Shown here one piece after another: positions 24,919-37,587 of a DNA stretch of 64,000 bases. The first letter of the stretch is position 1, and the number at the start of each line of letters is the position of its first letter. The translations under genes were made by a program, and so were the position numbers. Origin of the DNA: Octopus sinensis (taxonomy: Eukaryota); contig NC_043006.1 of assembly GCF_006345805.1 (NCBI RefSeq), positions 83,638,001-83,702,000 on the forward strand, written 5' to 3'. The notes below the pieces were generated by a model that was not told the origin of the DNA, made no database searches, and saw only the letters and a program-made list of their open reading frames with translations.

Positions 24919-26907
24919 ATGTCTTTCTCACTGAAAATGAAAAATCTCATACTTATGATTGCATTCATCACTTTTGCATCTGGTCATTACACGATAAATT
25001 CTACCTCAGTTTGCAGTGACCCCATGTGTACGAAGGACGACATACTTCCTTCTTCGGCCTCTTATCATACCAAAGGATGTTACTGTGATGATCTTTGTGA
25101 AATATACGGCGACTGTTGTCAGAATTATAATTTTACCAAACCAGATAATGTTGCAAAATATGGACAAGTTGAGTGTGTGCTTACAGATAAGCATTTCGTC
25201 ATGATGGTAGCGTCATGCAGCAGAGATTTCATTGATAATACTGACATTAAACAGAACTGTCTGATTGATCCTGGCCATCCGATCTGGTCTGTACCGGTGA
25301 ATGGAAACGATAGCAAAGTAGTTTACAAGAATATGTTCTGCGCATTATGCAACGGAGAGAAAAATTATACTTTCTGGAATATCAGTTACAGATGTAAGGG
25401 TCACGTGGATGTAAATGATTCCCTTATTATTACCGAAAAGCAAATTAAAGAAGCGAATTGTCAATTACAAAAATCAAACCCATCTCAACATAGAGAACAT
25501 CGCTGTGAAAAAAATCTCGTGACAAGTTGTCTGAATCAATCTGTTGCAAATTCTACTTTGACGAAATGTGAAAGAGGGCCGTACGGTGTAATTAGAAGCA
25601 ACCTACATAAGTCATATAAAAATATTCACTGCTTCAACTGTAGCAGAGCACAGAACGAAAAAATCGTTTGTCAAACAATATCAAAAATACCGACATATTT
25701 TCCTAGAATTATAGGGGGAAAAGGTTTCCCCCGTGCAAGTTACTTTATTCTTCTTGATTTCAACAGAGATCGAATGAGTATCAATGGACGTGTAGTTCAT
25801 CTCGCTTCTTGCAACAATGGTTATGTGTATAATCATTTGGAAGGAAAATGTTCTTTAGTGATTCATTCAACAGAAAACGGAATGCTCCAGTTGAATTGTT
25901 CTATGATAAAACTGAAACAATTCGAATTTACAATTTTAGAAAATAATACCTTATTCCATAACAAATCAAAAACATTGCACGGGGAAGAGTTCTACACCTT
26001 AAACAGCAGTGAAGCTTTTATCTGCAGTCATAGGTTTCAACTTGTAACTGTACCCAGGAAGGATTCGTCGAAAGATTTGGAATATGAAATTCTGTTAACA
26101 ATCACTGGAACCTCAATATCCCTGATCGCTCTCTTCATTTTCTTTATAATATTTTGGAAATTTCAGACCATTTGGAACTTGTATACTTGGATAAACATAT
26201 CTTATGCATTTTCTCTGTTTATGGCCCAAATCATGTTTCTTTTAGCAGAATTCATTGGACATGACTCTTCCTATTGCCGTTCTCTGGCCATTACCATACA
26301 TTATTTCTTTCTGGTTTCTTTCTTCTGGATGAATATTATCAGCTTCTGTGGGTACTTATTAGTCTGTAAAAGTACAGCTTACACAATGATGAATCGCGAA
26401 AGGAAAAAGTCTTTTCTGATATTCTCTCTATATGCTTGGTTAACGCCTTCACTGTTCATATTAGCAGCTGGAATGATAGATATATTCCAACCGACATCGG
26501 ACTTTGCTCCGCAATATGGTAAAATATATTGTTGGATGAACACGAAACATAGCATTCTTCTGTTTTTTGCTCTGCCGCTACTTATCATCATCATACTCAA
26601 TATGACAGCTTACTATTTCACTATTAAAACGATAAAAAAAGTTCGCAAAATGACTCGACAAAAAGAAGACCACAAGCAAATCCAAACTCTCATTGTCAGC
26701 GTAAAACTTTGTGTTCTGACGGGAATAACCTGGGTAATTGGCTTCTTAGCCGCCATTACCGGCCTTTCTGTTCTTAGAATTTTATTTATTATTCTCAACT
26801 CTACATTTGGATTGTGGGTTACTATTTGCTTCCTTCGCACACGAGCAATAATTGGAGGTTTCAAACAATCCTTCAAATCATTTCGTGAATCTTTTCGTTA
26901 TTCGTAA
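24919..26907 (+). CDS. Intronless secretin/adhesion-class (Methuselah-like) 7TM receptor with somatomedin-B-like Cys-rich ectodomain, 662 aa
   Basis: Open 662-codon ORF. Signal peptide; CYCDDLCEIYGDCC (SMB-like); YKNMFCALCN and YKNIHCFNC modules. Seven hydrophobic helices with family-B motifs HYFFLVSFFWMN, YAW, PQYG..YCW, LNM, GITW..GF. No obvious GPS motif before TM1. Confidence 0.92.
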   Translation: MSFSLKMKNLILMIAFITFASGHYTINSTSVCSDPMCTKDDILPSSASYHTKGCYCDDLCEIYGDCCQNYNFTKPDNVAKYGQVECVLTDKHFVMMVASCSRDFIDNTDIKQNCLIDPGHPIWSVPVNGNDSKVVYKNMFCALCNGEKNYTFWNISYRCKGHVDVNDSLIITEKQIKEANCQLQKSNPSQHREHRCEKNLVTSCLNQSVANSTLTKCERGPYGVIRSNLHKSYKNIHCFNCSRAQNEKIVCQTISKIPTYFPRIIGGKGFPRASYFILLDFNRDRMSINGRVVHLASCNNGYVYNHLEGKCSLVIHSTENGMLQLNCSMIKLKQFEFTILENNTLFHNKSKTLHGEEFYTLNSSEAFICSHRFQLVTVPRKDSSKDLEYEILLTITGTSISLIALFIFFIIFWKFQTIWNLYTWINISYAFSLFMAQIMFLLAEFIGHDSSYCRSLAITIHYFFLVSFFWMNIISFCGYLLVCKSTAYTMMNRERKKSFLIFSLYAWLTPSLFILAAGMIDIFQPTSDFAPQYGKIYCWMNTKHSILLFFALPLLIIIILNMTAYYFTIKTIKKVRKMTRQKEDHKQIQTLIVSVKLCVLTGITWVIGFLAAITGLSVLRILFIILNSTFGLWVTICFLRTRAIIGGFKQSFKSFRESFRYS

Positions 26908-27332
26908 GTCATACACTTTCATTTACAAATCCACCTTTCTCCGTCTCCATACACACATATATACACACAGATTCGTAAACAGCTTAACTCTATTTTCTGA
27001 AAATATTCGGCTGATGGAAGACTTGTGTGGGAAATATATTGAGTGCATTTCTGAAGGTAGAAATTCATTACACGATTTGATAATCTCTTCGATTAGCATC
27101 CAGCAGATACCAGAGTACTCTGGTCCTGTAACTGAGAGTTAATGGTATAGTATATACCTCCATATATACATATACATACATACATATATATATATGTATA
27201 TATATATATATGTATTTGTATGTATGTATATGTATGTATGTATGTGTATATGTATATATGTATGTATATATACACATACACACACACACATATATATATA
27301 TACATACATACATATATATATATATATTATAT

Positions 27333-27450
<118 letters not shown>

Positions 27451-27556
27451 TTGATAAAAATGGTAAGACAACAAAAAGAATGAAAGAGACCTCAATATTA
27501 TGTAAATAGAGGAATTTATCTGTAAATATTATATGTGACAATTATTCGGTAGCCAT

Positions 27557-27617
27557 GATAAAACTTAGAGTTTCGGATGCCGAGGTGGAAATCCACGCCG
27601 CCATCTCTTCAGTTATC
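27557..27617 (-). ncRNA. Type I hammerhead ribozyme motif (family B)
   Basis: GAUAA-CUGAAGA-GAUG..long stem II..CAUC-C-GAAA-CUCUAAG-UU^UUAUC. Confidence 0.72.
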
Positions 27618-27660
27618 CAGCCATCGGAAACAAAGTATATATATATATTATATATATATA

Positions 27661-27704
<44 letters not shown>

Positions 27705-27917
27705 TATATATATATTATATAATATATATATATATATATATATACACTTTATTAATAAAGCTGGAGTCTACCTCAGGTATTCGAGTATTATTTTTCCAAC
27801 TTGTTTCACATTTACGTGCTTACTCTGGTGAACATATATATATATATATATGTAATATAATATACTATATATATATATATATTATATATACATACATACA
27901 TATATTATATATATATA

Positions 27918-28007
<90 letters not shown>

Positions 28008-28110
28008 ATAAAAATGGTAAGACAACAAAAAGAATGAAAGAGACCTCAATATTATGTAAATAGAGGAATTTATCTGTAAATATTATATGTGACAATTATT
28101 CGGTAGCCAT

Positions 28111-28171
28111 GATAAAACTTAGAGTTTCGGATGCCGAGGTGGAAATCCACGCCGCCATCTCTTCAGTTATC
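28111..28171 (-). ncRNA. Type I hammerhead ribozyme motif (family B), second tandem copy
   Basis: Same sequence as 27557-27617. Confidence 0.72.
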
Positions 28172-28188
28172 CAGCCATCGGAAACAAA

Positions 28189-28300
<112 letters not shown>

Positions 28301-28413
28301 TTTATTAATAAAGCTGGAGTCTACCTCAGGTATTCGAGTATTATTTTTCCAACTTGTTTCACATTTACGTGCTTACTCTGGTGAACATATATATATATAT
28401 ATGTAATATAATA

Positions 28414-28498
<85 letters not shown>

Positions 28499-28599
28499 AC
28501 TCAACTCCATGTTTATAACTTCTGCATAAAGTATTAAAATTTATGTTATGCTATGTTTTTTACGGTCTTATTTTCTATTATTTTATATTATATCTATAG

Positions 28600-28740
28600 C
28601 GACGAGCTATCAGAATCGTTAGCACGCTGGGCGAAATGCTTGGTGGTATTTCGTCTGATGCTGCCTTCTCTGTTCGAAGTCTGCCGCGGATGACTTTGCT
28701 TTTCATTCTCTTGGAGTCGATAAAAATTCAGGCTTTGTAC
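28600..28740 (+). mobile_element. SINE family S2
   Basis: gcgacgagctatcagaatcgttagcacgc head. Confidence 0.7.
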
Positions 28741-28883
28741 TTATAACAGAAATGATTATTTTAAATTATATATGTAACATATTTCTGTGTTTTAGTTTAT
28801 TTATTTTGTTTCTATTTTGTATCCGTTTTTTTTTTACTTTGTTCATTTAGTTTACTAACCACGCATATAACCCTTCATTGTCT

Positions 28884-28919
<36 letters not shown>

Positions 28920-29271
28920 CGCACAAGAACCAACCCAAATTTGAAATGGAACCACTTACTGGCTACCGCACCTATGCACAAACACATACAGATCCAAATA
29001 GCGTGCTACCGTCACCACCACTGCCATAACCACCACCACCGCCAGTATCGCCACAATCATCATCATCATCGACGCGCCACCACCACCATCAACAACAGCA
29101 GCCGTTCAAGAATTTGGACCTGGAGATCTCCATTTCCAGCGACTTCGAGGGCCACCTCCCAGTGGTGTCGGGCGTCAACGAAGAGCTCTCAACTACAAGA
29201 CGACCATCACTACCACGACCACCGCTACAACCACCGCAGAGGCCACCACCACTAGTAACACTACACCAAAG

Positions 29272-31100
29272 GGATCTTTACCTTTTGACCTACAGATTTA
29301 AAAAATAATTTTTTGTAACTAAACACTTTCAAACTTCGTAAACTGGTAGAATGTGTCACATAAAACACCTTTTACTCTTAGCGTTTCTGAGAAAAGTTTA
29401 TGTTTACGAAGTTATTCCGTGTTCAAGTTGTCGTATTTCGGTAATTTCAACCAATCAATGACGTGTATTCAGCTGAATAAAATTACTGCTGTTGTTTGTC
29501 GAGCGTTAAGGCTGTTAGAAACAGCAGCCATATCCCCATTTTTGTGGTTTGAATTACTATCTCCAATTTTGCTCCAATTCTTTTCAAATTCAGAACATGG
29601 ATTAAGTTTTGTATATTAATTACGAAAATGAATATCACTTTACCTATAAATTTAAAAGTTATTAGTCTCTAAAGTTTGCAAAATTTGGGTATTTTAGCCA
29701 ATCAGAAGCGAATATTTTACACATCACCGCGAAACTCTGTTAGCATAGTAAGGAAAGAACTCTGTTTCCATAGTAACAAGGAGTGTAACCACCATGTGCT
29801 CCATAACTGTTTGCAAAGAACTCTGCTTGCATAGTAGCCAAAGATGATGCGCATGCACACAACGAGTGTAACCACCACGTGTACCATAACTGTTTGTTTT
29901 CATAACAGTAGGAATTCGACTTTAGAACGGTATAGAGATTTTAAAACAGTGACGAGATGGCCACTTTAAACCTTTCCTGTTTGATGGATGAAGTAAAAAC
30001 GGAAGAGGACACTGCGTATTTCTTCGAAGAGAAAGGAATAATACCAGAAAAGAAGATTTGTAAGGACATCCCATGAAAAAAAATACAATTCGTGAGAATT
30101 TGTACTGGCGTTGCCAACGGAGAAGCTGCAATGTGTCTGTGTCTCTCTGAAAAGATACACGGTTGGAAGGTGGCTCCCTTTCTCTGAGAAAAGTATTTCT
30201 TTTTTTATACGCTTGGGTCAAGGAAATTACCTCAATCCGTTTTTGTACAGAAGTGCGGATGAATCCGAGCACAGCAGTTCATTACAACAATATATGGGAA
30301 ACTACCACCTGTATCATCTCTTGTGAAAGGTAGAAGAGTCCAGTTTGCTGGACATTGTTGTAGAGCTGAAAATGAGGTAATTTCTACTCTTCTCCTCTGG
30401 AAGCCATCTGCTCTCGATACCAGAGGGCGCACACTCTCCTACCCTGATGTAATCTCCAGGGATACAGGCATCCAGCAACAGGACCTCCGTAATGCTATGA
30501 TGGACCGTGAAGTCTGGCGTAACATAATAAATTCCATTTTCTCGACCACGGTCGAACAATGATGATGACAACAATTATATTCGTGAGTTGTGTGCGGAGG
30601 ACCTACTCCGCAGCCAAGTTCAGATAGGAGGTCCCGGAAAGATCGTTGAGGTGGACGAAACAGTGTACCCAAAATGCAAGTACAACCGGGGGGGGGGATG
30701 TTACCTGAGCAGTGGGTCGTTTGAGGAGCATGGTGCGAGACGAGGGAAGTTTTCCTTTATGCTGTACCAAGTCGAAACCGCAAAGCATTAGAGGACTGCA
30801 TACGGCACACAGTTCTTACAGGAACCACTATCTTCAGTGACCTGTGGCGTGTTTATAATCATATCCCAGAAATCGATGGCTATGATTTCGAACATAAAGC
30901 TATGAACCATAGCATTGAATTTATAAACTCAAAGGATGGAACTCACACTCAACATGTGGGTGGTGATGCGAAACAGGGCGAAATTCTAGAACCACTTCTG
31001 TTTTATATATACTTTGCCATGATACTAATACATGCTTTCTAGCGAGACTGGTGTTTAAGTGCAGTTTAGAACATTTGTCAGTTTTCCATCTATGACGTTT
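29272..31100 (+). mobile_element. Degenerate Merlin (IS1595/ISXO2-like DDE) DNA transposon
   Basis: N-terminal WRCQRRSC; IGGPGKIVEVDET..KCKYNRG, LPEQWV, GTTIFSDLWRVY, NHS..F...GTHTQHV. The left end ggatcttt resembles the TIR of the MITE at 32622. The right end was not located. Confidence 0.8.
30300..30568 (+). mobile_element. RTE 3' fragment inserted in the Merlin transposase
   Basis: RVQFAGHCCRA...AMMDREVWRNII, (TGA)n tail, flanked by acaacaa-tatat / acaacaattatat (TSD-like). Confidence 0.8.
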
Positions 31101-31299
31101 CAACACTAAGTTAAAAACATTCGGCACTCTTATCAGAGAGCTCCTTTATGTAGGTGATGTGACTCACTCCTTTATGCAGATCTTGTGACTCACTCAGTAA
31201 AGACATACGAATGATAGTGGACATTTTCTTCGATATGTGCACTGTATTTGGATACAATATTAACATGGAAAAAAAAGATCCTGTACACTCCACCAGTTG

Positions 31300-31740
31300 G
31301 AGAAGCATATATGGAATCTAACGTCGTGGGAGCCAGAAGTCTTGAAGTCATGGACAGTTGTGTGTATCTCGGAAGTACTCTAAGTAAAGACGATAACATT
31401 GATGCCGAAATCTATCACACGGTTGCGAAAGCTAGTGTTGCTTCGCGGGGAAATCGAGAAGCTAGTCTAGTCAGATCAGAACGTCACAAGAAATATAAGG
31501 CTCTCGGTGTTATATTCTTACAGCCTAGCTATAGGGGTGCAAAACGTAGACAATGTACAGACATTATATCAAGCAGTTGAAAATGTTTCATCAAAATTGC
31601 ATTGGACACATCCTGAAAACCAACAGGTCCTCTTACACACTTCATGTTGTTATACTTGAGAGGGCAAGAAACACTAGTATTGAGATAAGAATGATTTTGA
31701 ATCAGATACTTCGAGCTGATCATGTTGACAGAACAGAAGA
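31300..31740 (+). mobile_element. RTE RT 3' region fragment
   Basis: VYLGSTLSKDDNIDAEI...AKAS; FHQNCIGHIL. Confidence 0.7.
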
Positions 31741-32346
31741 CTACTACTACTACTACTACTACTACTAGGAAAGCAGGCAGAATTTCGATGCTTTTTAGAA
31801 TTTGTCGTCTGCACGAAATTACTTTTCGGGACTCGTACAGCAGTCTATGGTGTTATAAACCACACACCCAAAATAGGTTGGATGTGATAATTAATTTCCG
31901 GTACAAAAGCTGCTTCTGTCGATAATAGCTGTTTTAAGAAAGAAAGAAAAAAAGCGGGAAAGATAAAAATTCCCTACGGGAATTAACCATTTTTGCATCA
32001 GACGAGGTGACCCTGTGGTTGGCACGATGGACTATTAATCTATTTCTTTAACTACCCACAAGGGGCTAAACACAAAAAGGACAGACAAACGGATTAAATC
32101 GATTACATCGAAACTAGTGCGTAACTGGTACTTATTTAATCGACCCCGATTAAAAAGAAAGATAAGCTTCTGATATATTTAACGAAAACCTTTCATGGTG
32201 ATGTCCCATGGTGATGTCAAATGACTGAAACAAGTAAAAGAGAAAAAAAAGAAAAGATTAACACGATAAGATCGATTTATAAATCATTTCACTTGTACAT
32301 GGTAGTCTTCAAATAGGAAAATATAAAATTTTGAAATCGAATTACA

Positions 32347-32534
32347 TTAAGCAGCAATTTTCTTAATTGTCGACGCGTCTTCAGTGTGCTGGTGATGATC
32401 CAGTATCACTGCTTTCGTTTTTCGACAGGTACATATGTAGAAAATAAAAATCGGCAGAGCAGAAGCCGTTGTCAGTACTGCCAGAATTAGGATACTGTAA
32501 TCATAGTTGTTATTGTTGTATGCAGTATATAAAT
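32347..32534 (-). CDS. SLC16/MCT-like MFS transporter, predicted last coding exon (TM12 + tail)
   Basis: Pyrimidine tract and CAG acceptor at 32535; phase 1 matches the preceding exon; ..LYTAYNNNNYDYSILILAVLTTASALPIFIF..; stop at 32347. Confidence 0.6.
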
Positions 32535-32621
32535 CTGAAAAAGTAGAAGATAAGAAAGAAAAAAAGCCAAGAAAACAACGCAAACATTCATCAGTCGTTT
32601 TTTTAAAATCAAGATTAAATA

Positions 32622-33038
32622 GGATCTTTTCGGTTTGAACGGCAGTTTTTTCTAGCGGTGTCATATGAAATTGTCACCCATAATTATGACCCTAGTATCG
32701 ATCTATTGCATTTCAATCTGTTTTAGGGTTAGGGTTAGGGTTAGGGGTGGGGGAAGGGTATCTTTTTCTCTTCACAAATGTAAATAAACCCAATCTGTTT
32801 TTTAAACGCATATTAATACGGTACAGAATGTTTTTTACCTCAATAGACGTCATTGATTGGTTGAAATTGCATAAATTGAAGAAAAACAACAAAAAATATC
32901 TTACAAACTATAGAATTTTCTCAATAAAGCCAAGAGAAAAAGATATTTTATAAACACATTCTACCAGTATATGAAGTTTAAAATTTGTTAGTTACCTAGA
33001 AATTATGTTAAAAACTGCCGTTCAAACCGAAAAGATCC
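32622..33038. mobile_element. MITE with 29-bp TIRs, probably Merlin-related, containing (TTAGGG)4
   Basis: Perfect TIR ggatcttttcggtttgaacggcagttttt (32622-32650 / 33010-33038). Flanks attaaata / attaaatc form an 8-bp TSD with 1 mismatch. Confidence 0.85.
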
Positions 33039-33075
33039 ATTAAATCTAATTTCTCGGCTAAGTATATAAGTATAC

Positions 33076-33115
<40 letters not shown>

Positions 33116-33117
33116 TC

Positions 33118-33495
33118 ACCTCTGTCTACGCCGCATCCTTCGTGTCCGATGGCATCACTTTGGTGCGACACCAGTGCAAAATCCCCTCCCTCCGACAAGT
33201 CATCCTAACGAGACGTCTGCGTTGGCTGTGTCATGCCCTCCGTCGTCAACCAGGAGAATTCATCTACGAAGCAATTGCCCCAGCTCTCCTTCAGGGTTGG
33301 CGAAAACCTGGCTGATGACAGCCAAGGCCGATCTGGAACCCAACCTGGGCCTCCATGTCTACGGCGTTCGCCGCTGGAACAAGGAGTGGTTGGAGATCAC
33401 GCGGTCGTTAGCCTCAAATCGCCAGGCCTGGTCGGCGTTTGTGAGAGATGCAGCATTGAGGATGAATAAAGCCAGCTCAACCCGACCCGGGTGAA
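33118..33495 (+). mobile_element. RTE 3' fragment
   Basis: RRLRWLCHALRR; ASNRQAWSAFVRD. Confidence 0.75.
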
Positions 33496-33599
33496 TGCTG
33501 TCTCAGGACAAGAGAAAAAAAAGTGTGTGTGTGTGTTAATGGTCTCTCGCAGTCTAATAAAGGCGGTTCTGCAATTTCTTGCTGAACAACTTGCACAGA

Positions 33600-33800
33600 T
33601 GATTTGCTTATAGTGATTAAACGTATGTGGTACCATATCGAGGTCGCTTGAACAAGTTACACAGTGTACCCTGCATCAAGTGTCCAAGTGATCCCAGAGT
33701 AACATAAGATGAAGAGTCTTGCTCAAGAACACAACGCACCACCCGGTCCTGGAACTGAAACCGTGATCTCGAGTACAATCTCGAGTTGTAGGTTAGGCGC
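33600..33800 (-). mobile_element. tRNA-derived SINE (family S3)
   Basis: Reverse complement resembles 36105-36330 (gtgttcttgagcaagac). Confidence 0.6.
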
Positions 33801-34280
33801 CTACACACACATATATACTAAAAATTAATACAAGCAGCTTGGTGCAATATTAAACTATAATGTGAGGGTGGTAACGCGTGGGTATACATTTACCTATCTC
33901 TCCCCCCCTCTCTCTCTCTCGCTTGGTTGGTGGGTGTGTGTTTGGAATTTAAATTAAAATTTTTGTTTTTTGTTGCTTACATCCCAGCAATGTACCACGT
34001 GAGCGTTACTTCTGCATCATCATCTCACAAAATGTGCTTATGGGAAGAAAGTTATTGAAAAACATCAATACGTGTGACAGTGACTAAGAAACGAGGGATG
34101 GTCGTCGAATGTGCTAGAAACAACAGCCAAATCTCCCTTAAATCACACACCTTTGCCATTTTCAGGGCAACCAATATTTTTAGACCCAGTCTGCCACTGT
34201 GTGTATATATATATATATATATATATAGATCGGTAGCCACTACACACATTTTTTTCTCTCCTTGTTTTTTTCTGTGTCCC

Positions 34281-34314
34281 TTTCTGTAGAAGAGCGTAGG
34301 CTCGAAACGTAAAA
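34281..34314 (+). ncRNA. Minimal hammerhead variant (family C)
   Basis: UUU-CUGUAGA-A-GAG(CGUAGG)CUC-GAAA-CG-UA^AAA, in an (AT)n-bounded unit at about 34225-34405. Confidence 0.65.
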
Positions 34315-34432
34315 TACTTTTTCTATTCCTGGGCGTTATACTAATACACCACCTGTTTTATACACCACCTGTCTTCGTCTTTTGTTTTTTTCGTGAACTC
34401 TCCCTATATATATATATATATATACACACATG

Positions 34433-34494
<62 letters not shown>

Positions 34495-34594
34495 GTTAAT
34501 CTAAACATGAAAACACAAAGAGAAAACACAACAACGCGAGGGCGTCGAACAATATAGTATTATTGGACGCTCAGGAAGGAAGGGAAGAAGGAAG

Positions 34595-34629
34595 GTTTTA
34601 CGTTTCGAGCGGAGCTCTCCGTCAGAAAC
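34595..34629 (-). ncRNA. Minimal hammerhead (family D), A9->G
   Basis: GUUU-CUGACGG-A-GAG(CUCCG)CUC-GAAA-CG-UA^AAAC. Confidence 0.7.
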
Positions 34630-34719
34630 ATAGGAAAACGAAAGATCCAGAGAAGGGAAGACGGAGGAAAAAAATCACCAACAGTACACATGCGCGGACA
34701 TATGTGTGTCTGTTTGTCT

Positions 34720-34724
34720 ATGCA

Positions 34725-34758
<34 letters not shown>

Positions 34759-34766
34759 TTTGTGTG

Positions 34767-34801
<35 letters not shown>

Positions 34802-34916
34802 GTGTTGTTGTGTGTGTGTGTGTGTGTGTTGTGTTTGTGTGGTGTGTGTGTGTTTTGTGTGTGTGTGTGTGGTGTGTGTTTGTTTGTGTGTGTGTGTGTG
34901 TTGTGTTGTGTGTGTG

Positions 34917-34958
<42 letters not shown>

Positions 34959-35158
34959 TTGTGTGGTGTGTGTGTTGTGTTTGTGTGTGTGGTGTGTGTG
35001 TGTTTGTGTGGTTGTGTGTGTGTGTGTGTGTGTGCATGTGTGGTGTGTGTGTGTGTTGTGTGTTTTGTGTGCATGTGTGTGTGTGTGTGTGTTGTGTGTG
35101 TGTGATGTGTGTGTGTGTGTGTGCATGTGTGGTGTGTGTGTGGTGTGTTTGTTGTGTG

Positions 35159-35221
<63 letters not shown>

Positions 35222-35230
35222 ATGTGTGTG
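34720..35230. repeat. Long imperfect (GT)n tract
   Basis: Direct reading; it generates the HT/CV-rich ORFs. Confidence 0.95.
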
Positions 35231-36104
35231 CTTTGACTTGCCTTAGTCTGTCAATGTAAGAAAATGTAAGGAAGCAGTTGTGCCATATTTTCAACTGGAA
35301 ACGCATTCTTCTTACCACAGCTGATTCCTTTCAAGCGGTAGAAAGACAAACAGGTGGACAGAAGCAAACAACGGGGGAAAAGCAAGAATAAGCGCCTGAA
35401 CAGGGTTGGTATTTTATTTTTCGACCACGAGAAAGGGAAAGGCAACGTTGATTTCTGCAGGATTTGAAATCAGAGCCTAGAGTCAGAAAGATTACTGTAA
35501 AGTAATCTTTCTGTCGCCTTTAGATAATACATACATACATACATACACACACAGACACACACATACACACATACACACATACACACATACATACATGCAT
35601 GCATGCATGCATGCATGCATACGTATGTATGTACGTACGTACATGCATGCATACGTATGTATGTACGTACGTACATACATACATACATGAAGGCGCATGA
35701 CTCAGTGTTAGAGCGTCGAGCTTACCTGAGTTACCTTCTCCTAGAAGGATGCCCTAACACAGGCTAGGAGTCCTTCACTCCCAATGGTTTAACCGCGCAA
35801 TCGTATTCAGTTCGATTATTTCTATGTCCCCGCGCATGATACAGCCTAAAGACATTTATTGGATGGCTGTTGACTCTCAAGAGTTCCTCCGCCCTTTGAC
35901 GGGTTTTGTTTTTCATCCCGCAGGGTGTCCAATAAACACCTTCCTCACCAAGCAAGCTTGGTGGGGTTGCCGGTTTAGTCGCCGACGACCCGACCATGCA
36001 ACAGGTTGTACTGGGTTACATGTTACCAGTAGCACTCGAAAGTGACCTGACATACATACATACATACATACATACATACATACATACATACATACATACA
36101 TACA

Positions 36105-36330
36105 TGAAGGTGCATGGCTCAGTGGTTAGAGCGTCGAGCTTACGATCATGAGGTTGTGAGTTCGAATCCTGGACCGGGCTGGGTGTTGTGTTCTTGAGCA
36201 AGACACTTTATTTCACGTTGCTCCAGTTCACTCAGCTGTAGAAATGAGTTGCGACGTCACAGGTGCCAAGTTGTATTGGCATTTGCCTTTCCCTTGGATA
36301 ACACTGGTGGCGTGGAGAGGGGAGGACGGT
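36105..36330 (+). mobile_element. tRNA-derived SINE (family S3)
   Basis: Head ggtgcatggctcagtggttagagcg...gagttcgaatcc with A and B boxes, followed by a SINE body. Confidence 0.75.
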
Positions 36331-36528
36331 GTGCTATTGAATCAAAGCAGTTTCGGTTTACTTATTAAATACATATATACGTATGCAAGAACTCATATAT
36401 AGACTGCATGCATGCATACACATGAACATTTAGACATAATCCTGCGCGTGCACACATACATATATGCGTAAATCTACACACCTGCCCATTCACTTGTTGA
36501 AATATCAAAAATATTTAGAGATACTTAC

Positions 36529-37587
36529 TAATGAGATAACCACACAATAAGAGACCAATGCCAGCGAAAGATTCGTTCAGTCCGATCCCCAGAGGGTAGT
36601 CCTCCAAATCGACAAGATCCAAGAAGATTGCACCGTACTGAGAGTAAGCAAGTCCATCGAATAGCATAAAAAAGAACGTGGTCAGGGTGATATACGTCGG
36701 TGTGTTTACGGCAATATAGACCGACATTGTAATCCCACACATGATAATCGCCGAGGAAAAAATCACTATGCTCGGTAACAGTTTCGAATGAAGAAGCCAG
36801 GAACCCACCAGACGTGCGGTGATATCCCCTGCTGAAGATATTGCACTATTCCAAGCTCCTTGTGTGAGTGACAATCCGTGCCGCATGCAAAAATCGGGGA
36901 GAATCGTTAACATGACCAATGACGTACTAAGAAAGGTAATCGTCGATATTGAAGTTAAATTGTACATTCTATTTGTGGCTAACCTTTTCCAGGTTTTTAA
37001 ATTAATGCCTTGCTTTTTCTTGGACTCGGGTTGCTCTTCTTCAGCCTGGTTGTCGTCATCATTTGTTATATACGAGTCATTCACCGGTGATGAGTCTAAA
37101 TGTTTTGGTTTATCGTTTGTGGAATCATTATTACAGCTATTAGCATAATCACATTCTGTGTCTTCAAAAGCTTTATTTGTTGTAGCAGTTGTATACGGTT
37201 CGCATTGATCTTTTTTCCTCTCGTTATTTTGGGGATGATTTACATGGTTCTCGTTAGGTGCGAATCGATTTTTCTTGCTTTCAGAAAATGATGTCGTACA
37301 TTTGGCTGCTCTTGTTCGATTGGACATTACGCGATTACCATGTGTGATGTCTGCTTTCATACTGTAGATAAGTCCGAACGGAATGCAATGCATTTCCATG
37401 CCACACAGTAAAAGCAAACTACTCCGCCAGCCGTAAGTTTCAATGAAGTATGAGACGAAAGGAAGAGCAAGAATAAAAGAAACACCTTCACCAATACTGA
37501 CCAAGGAGACCAACTGGCGTCCAGCATTTGGAAAGTGTGTAAAGAGAGCCACGTTCAGAGACATGTATACAAATGAACAGCCTTTAC
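36529..37587 (-). CDS. SLC16/MCT-like MFS transporter, large internal exon (TM5-TM11)
   Basis: 1059-bp phase 1-1 exon, ttttttAG acceptor and GTAAGT donor. Motifs YFIETYGWRSSLLLLCG..H...G, a long hydrophilic central loop, LPDF, GDITARL.G, D.V.L..YP.G.G. Confidence 0.88.
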
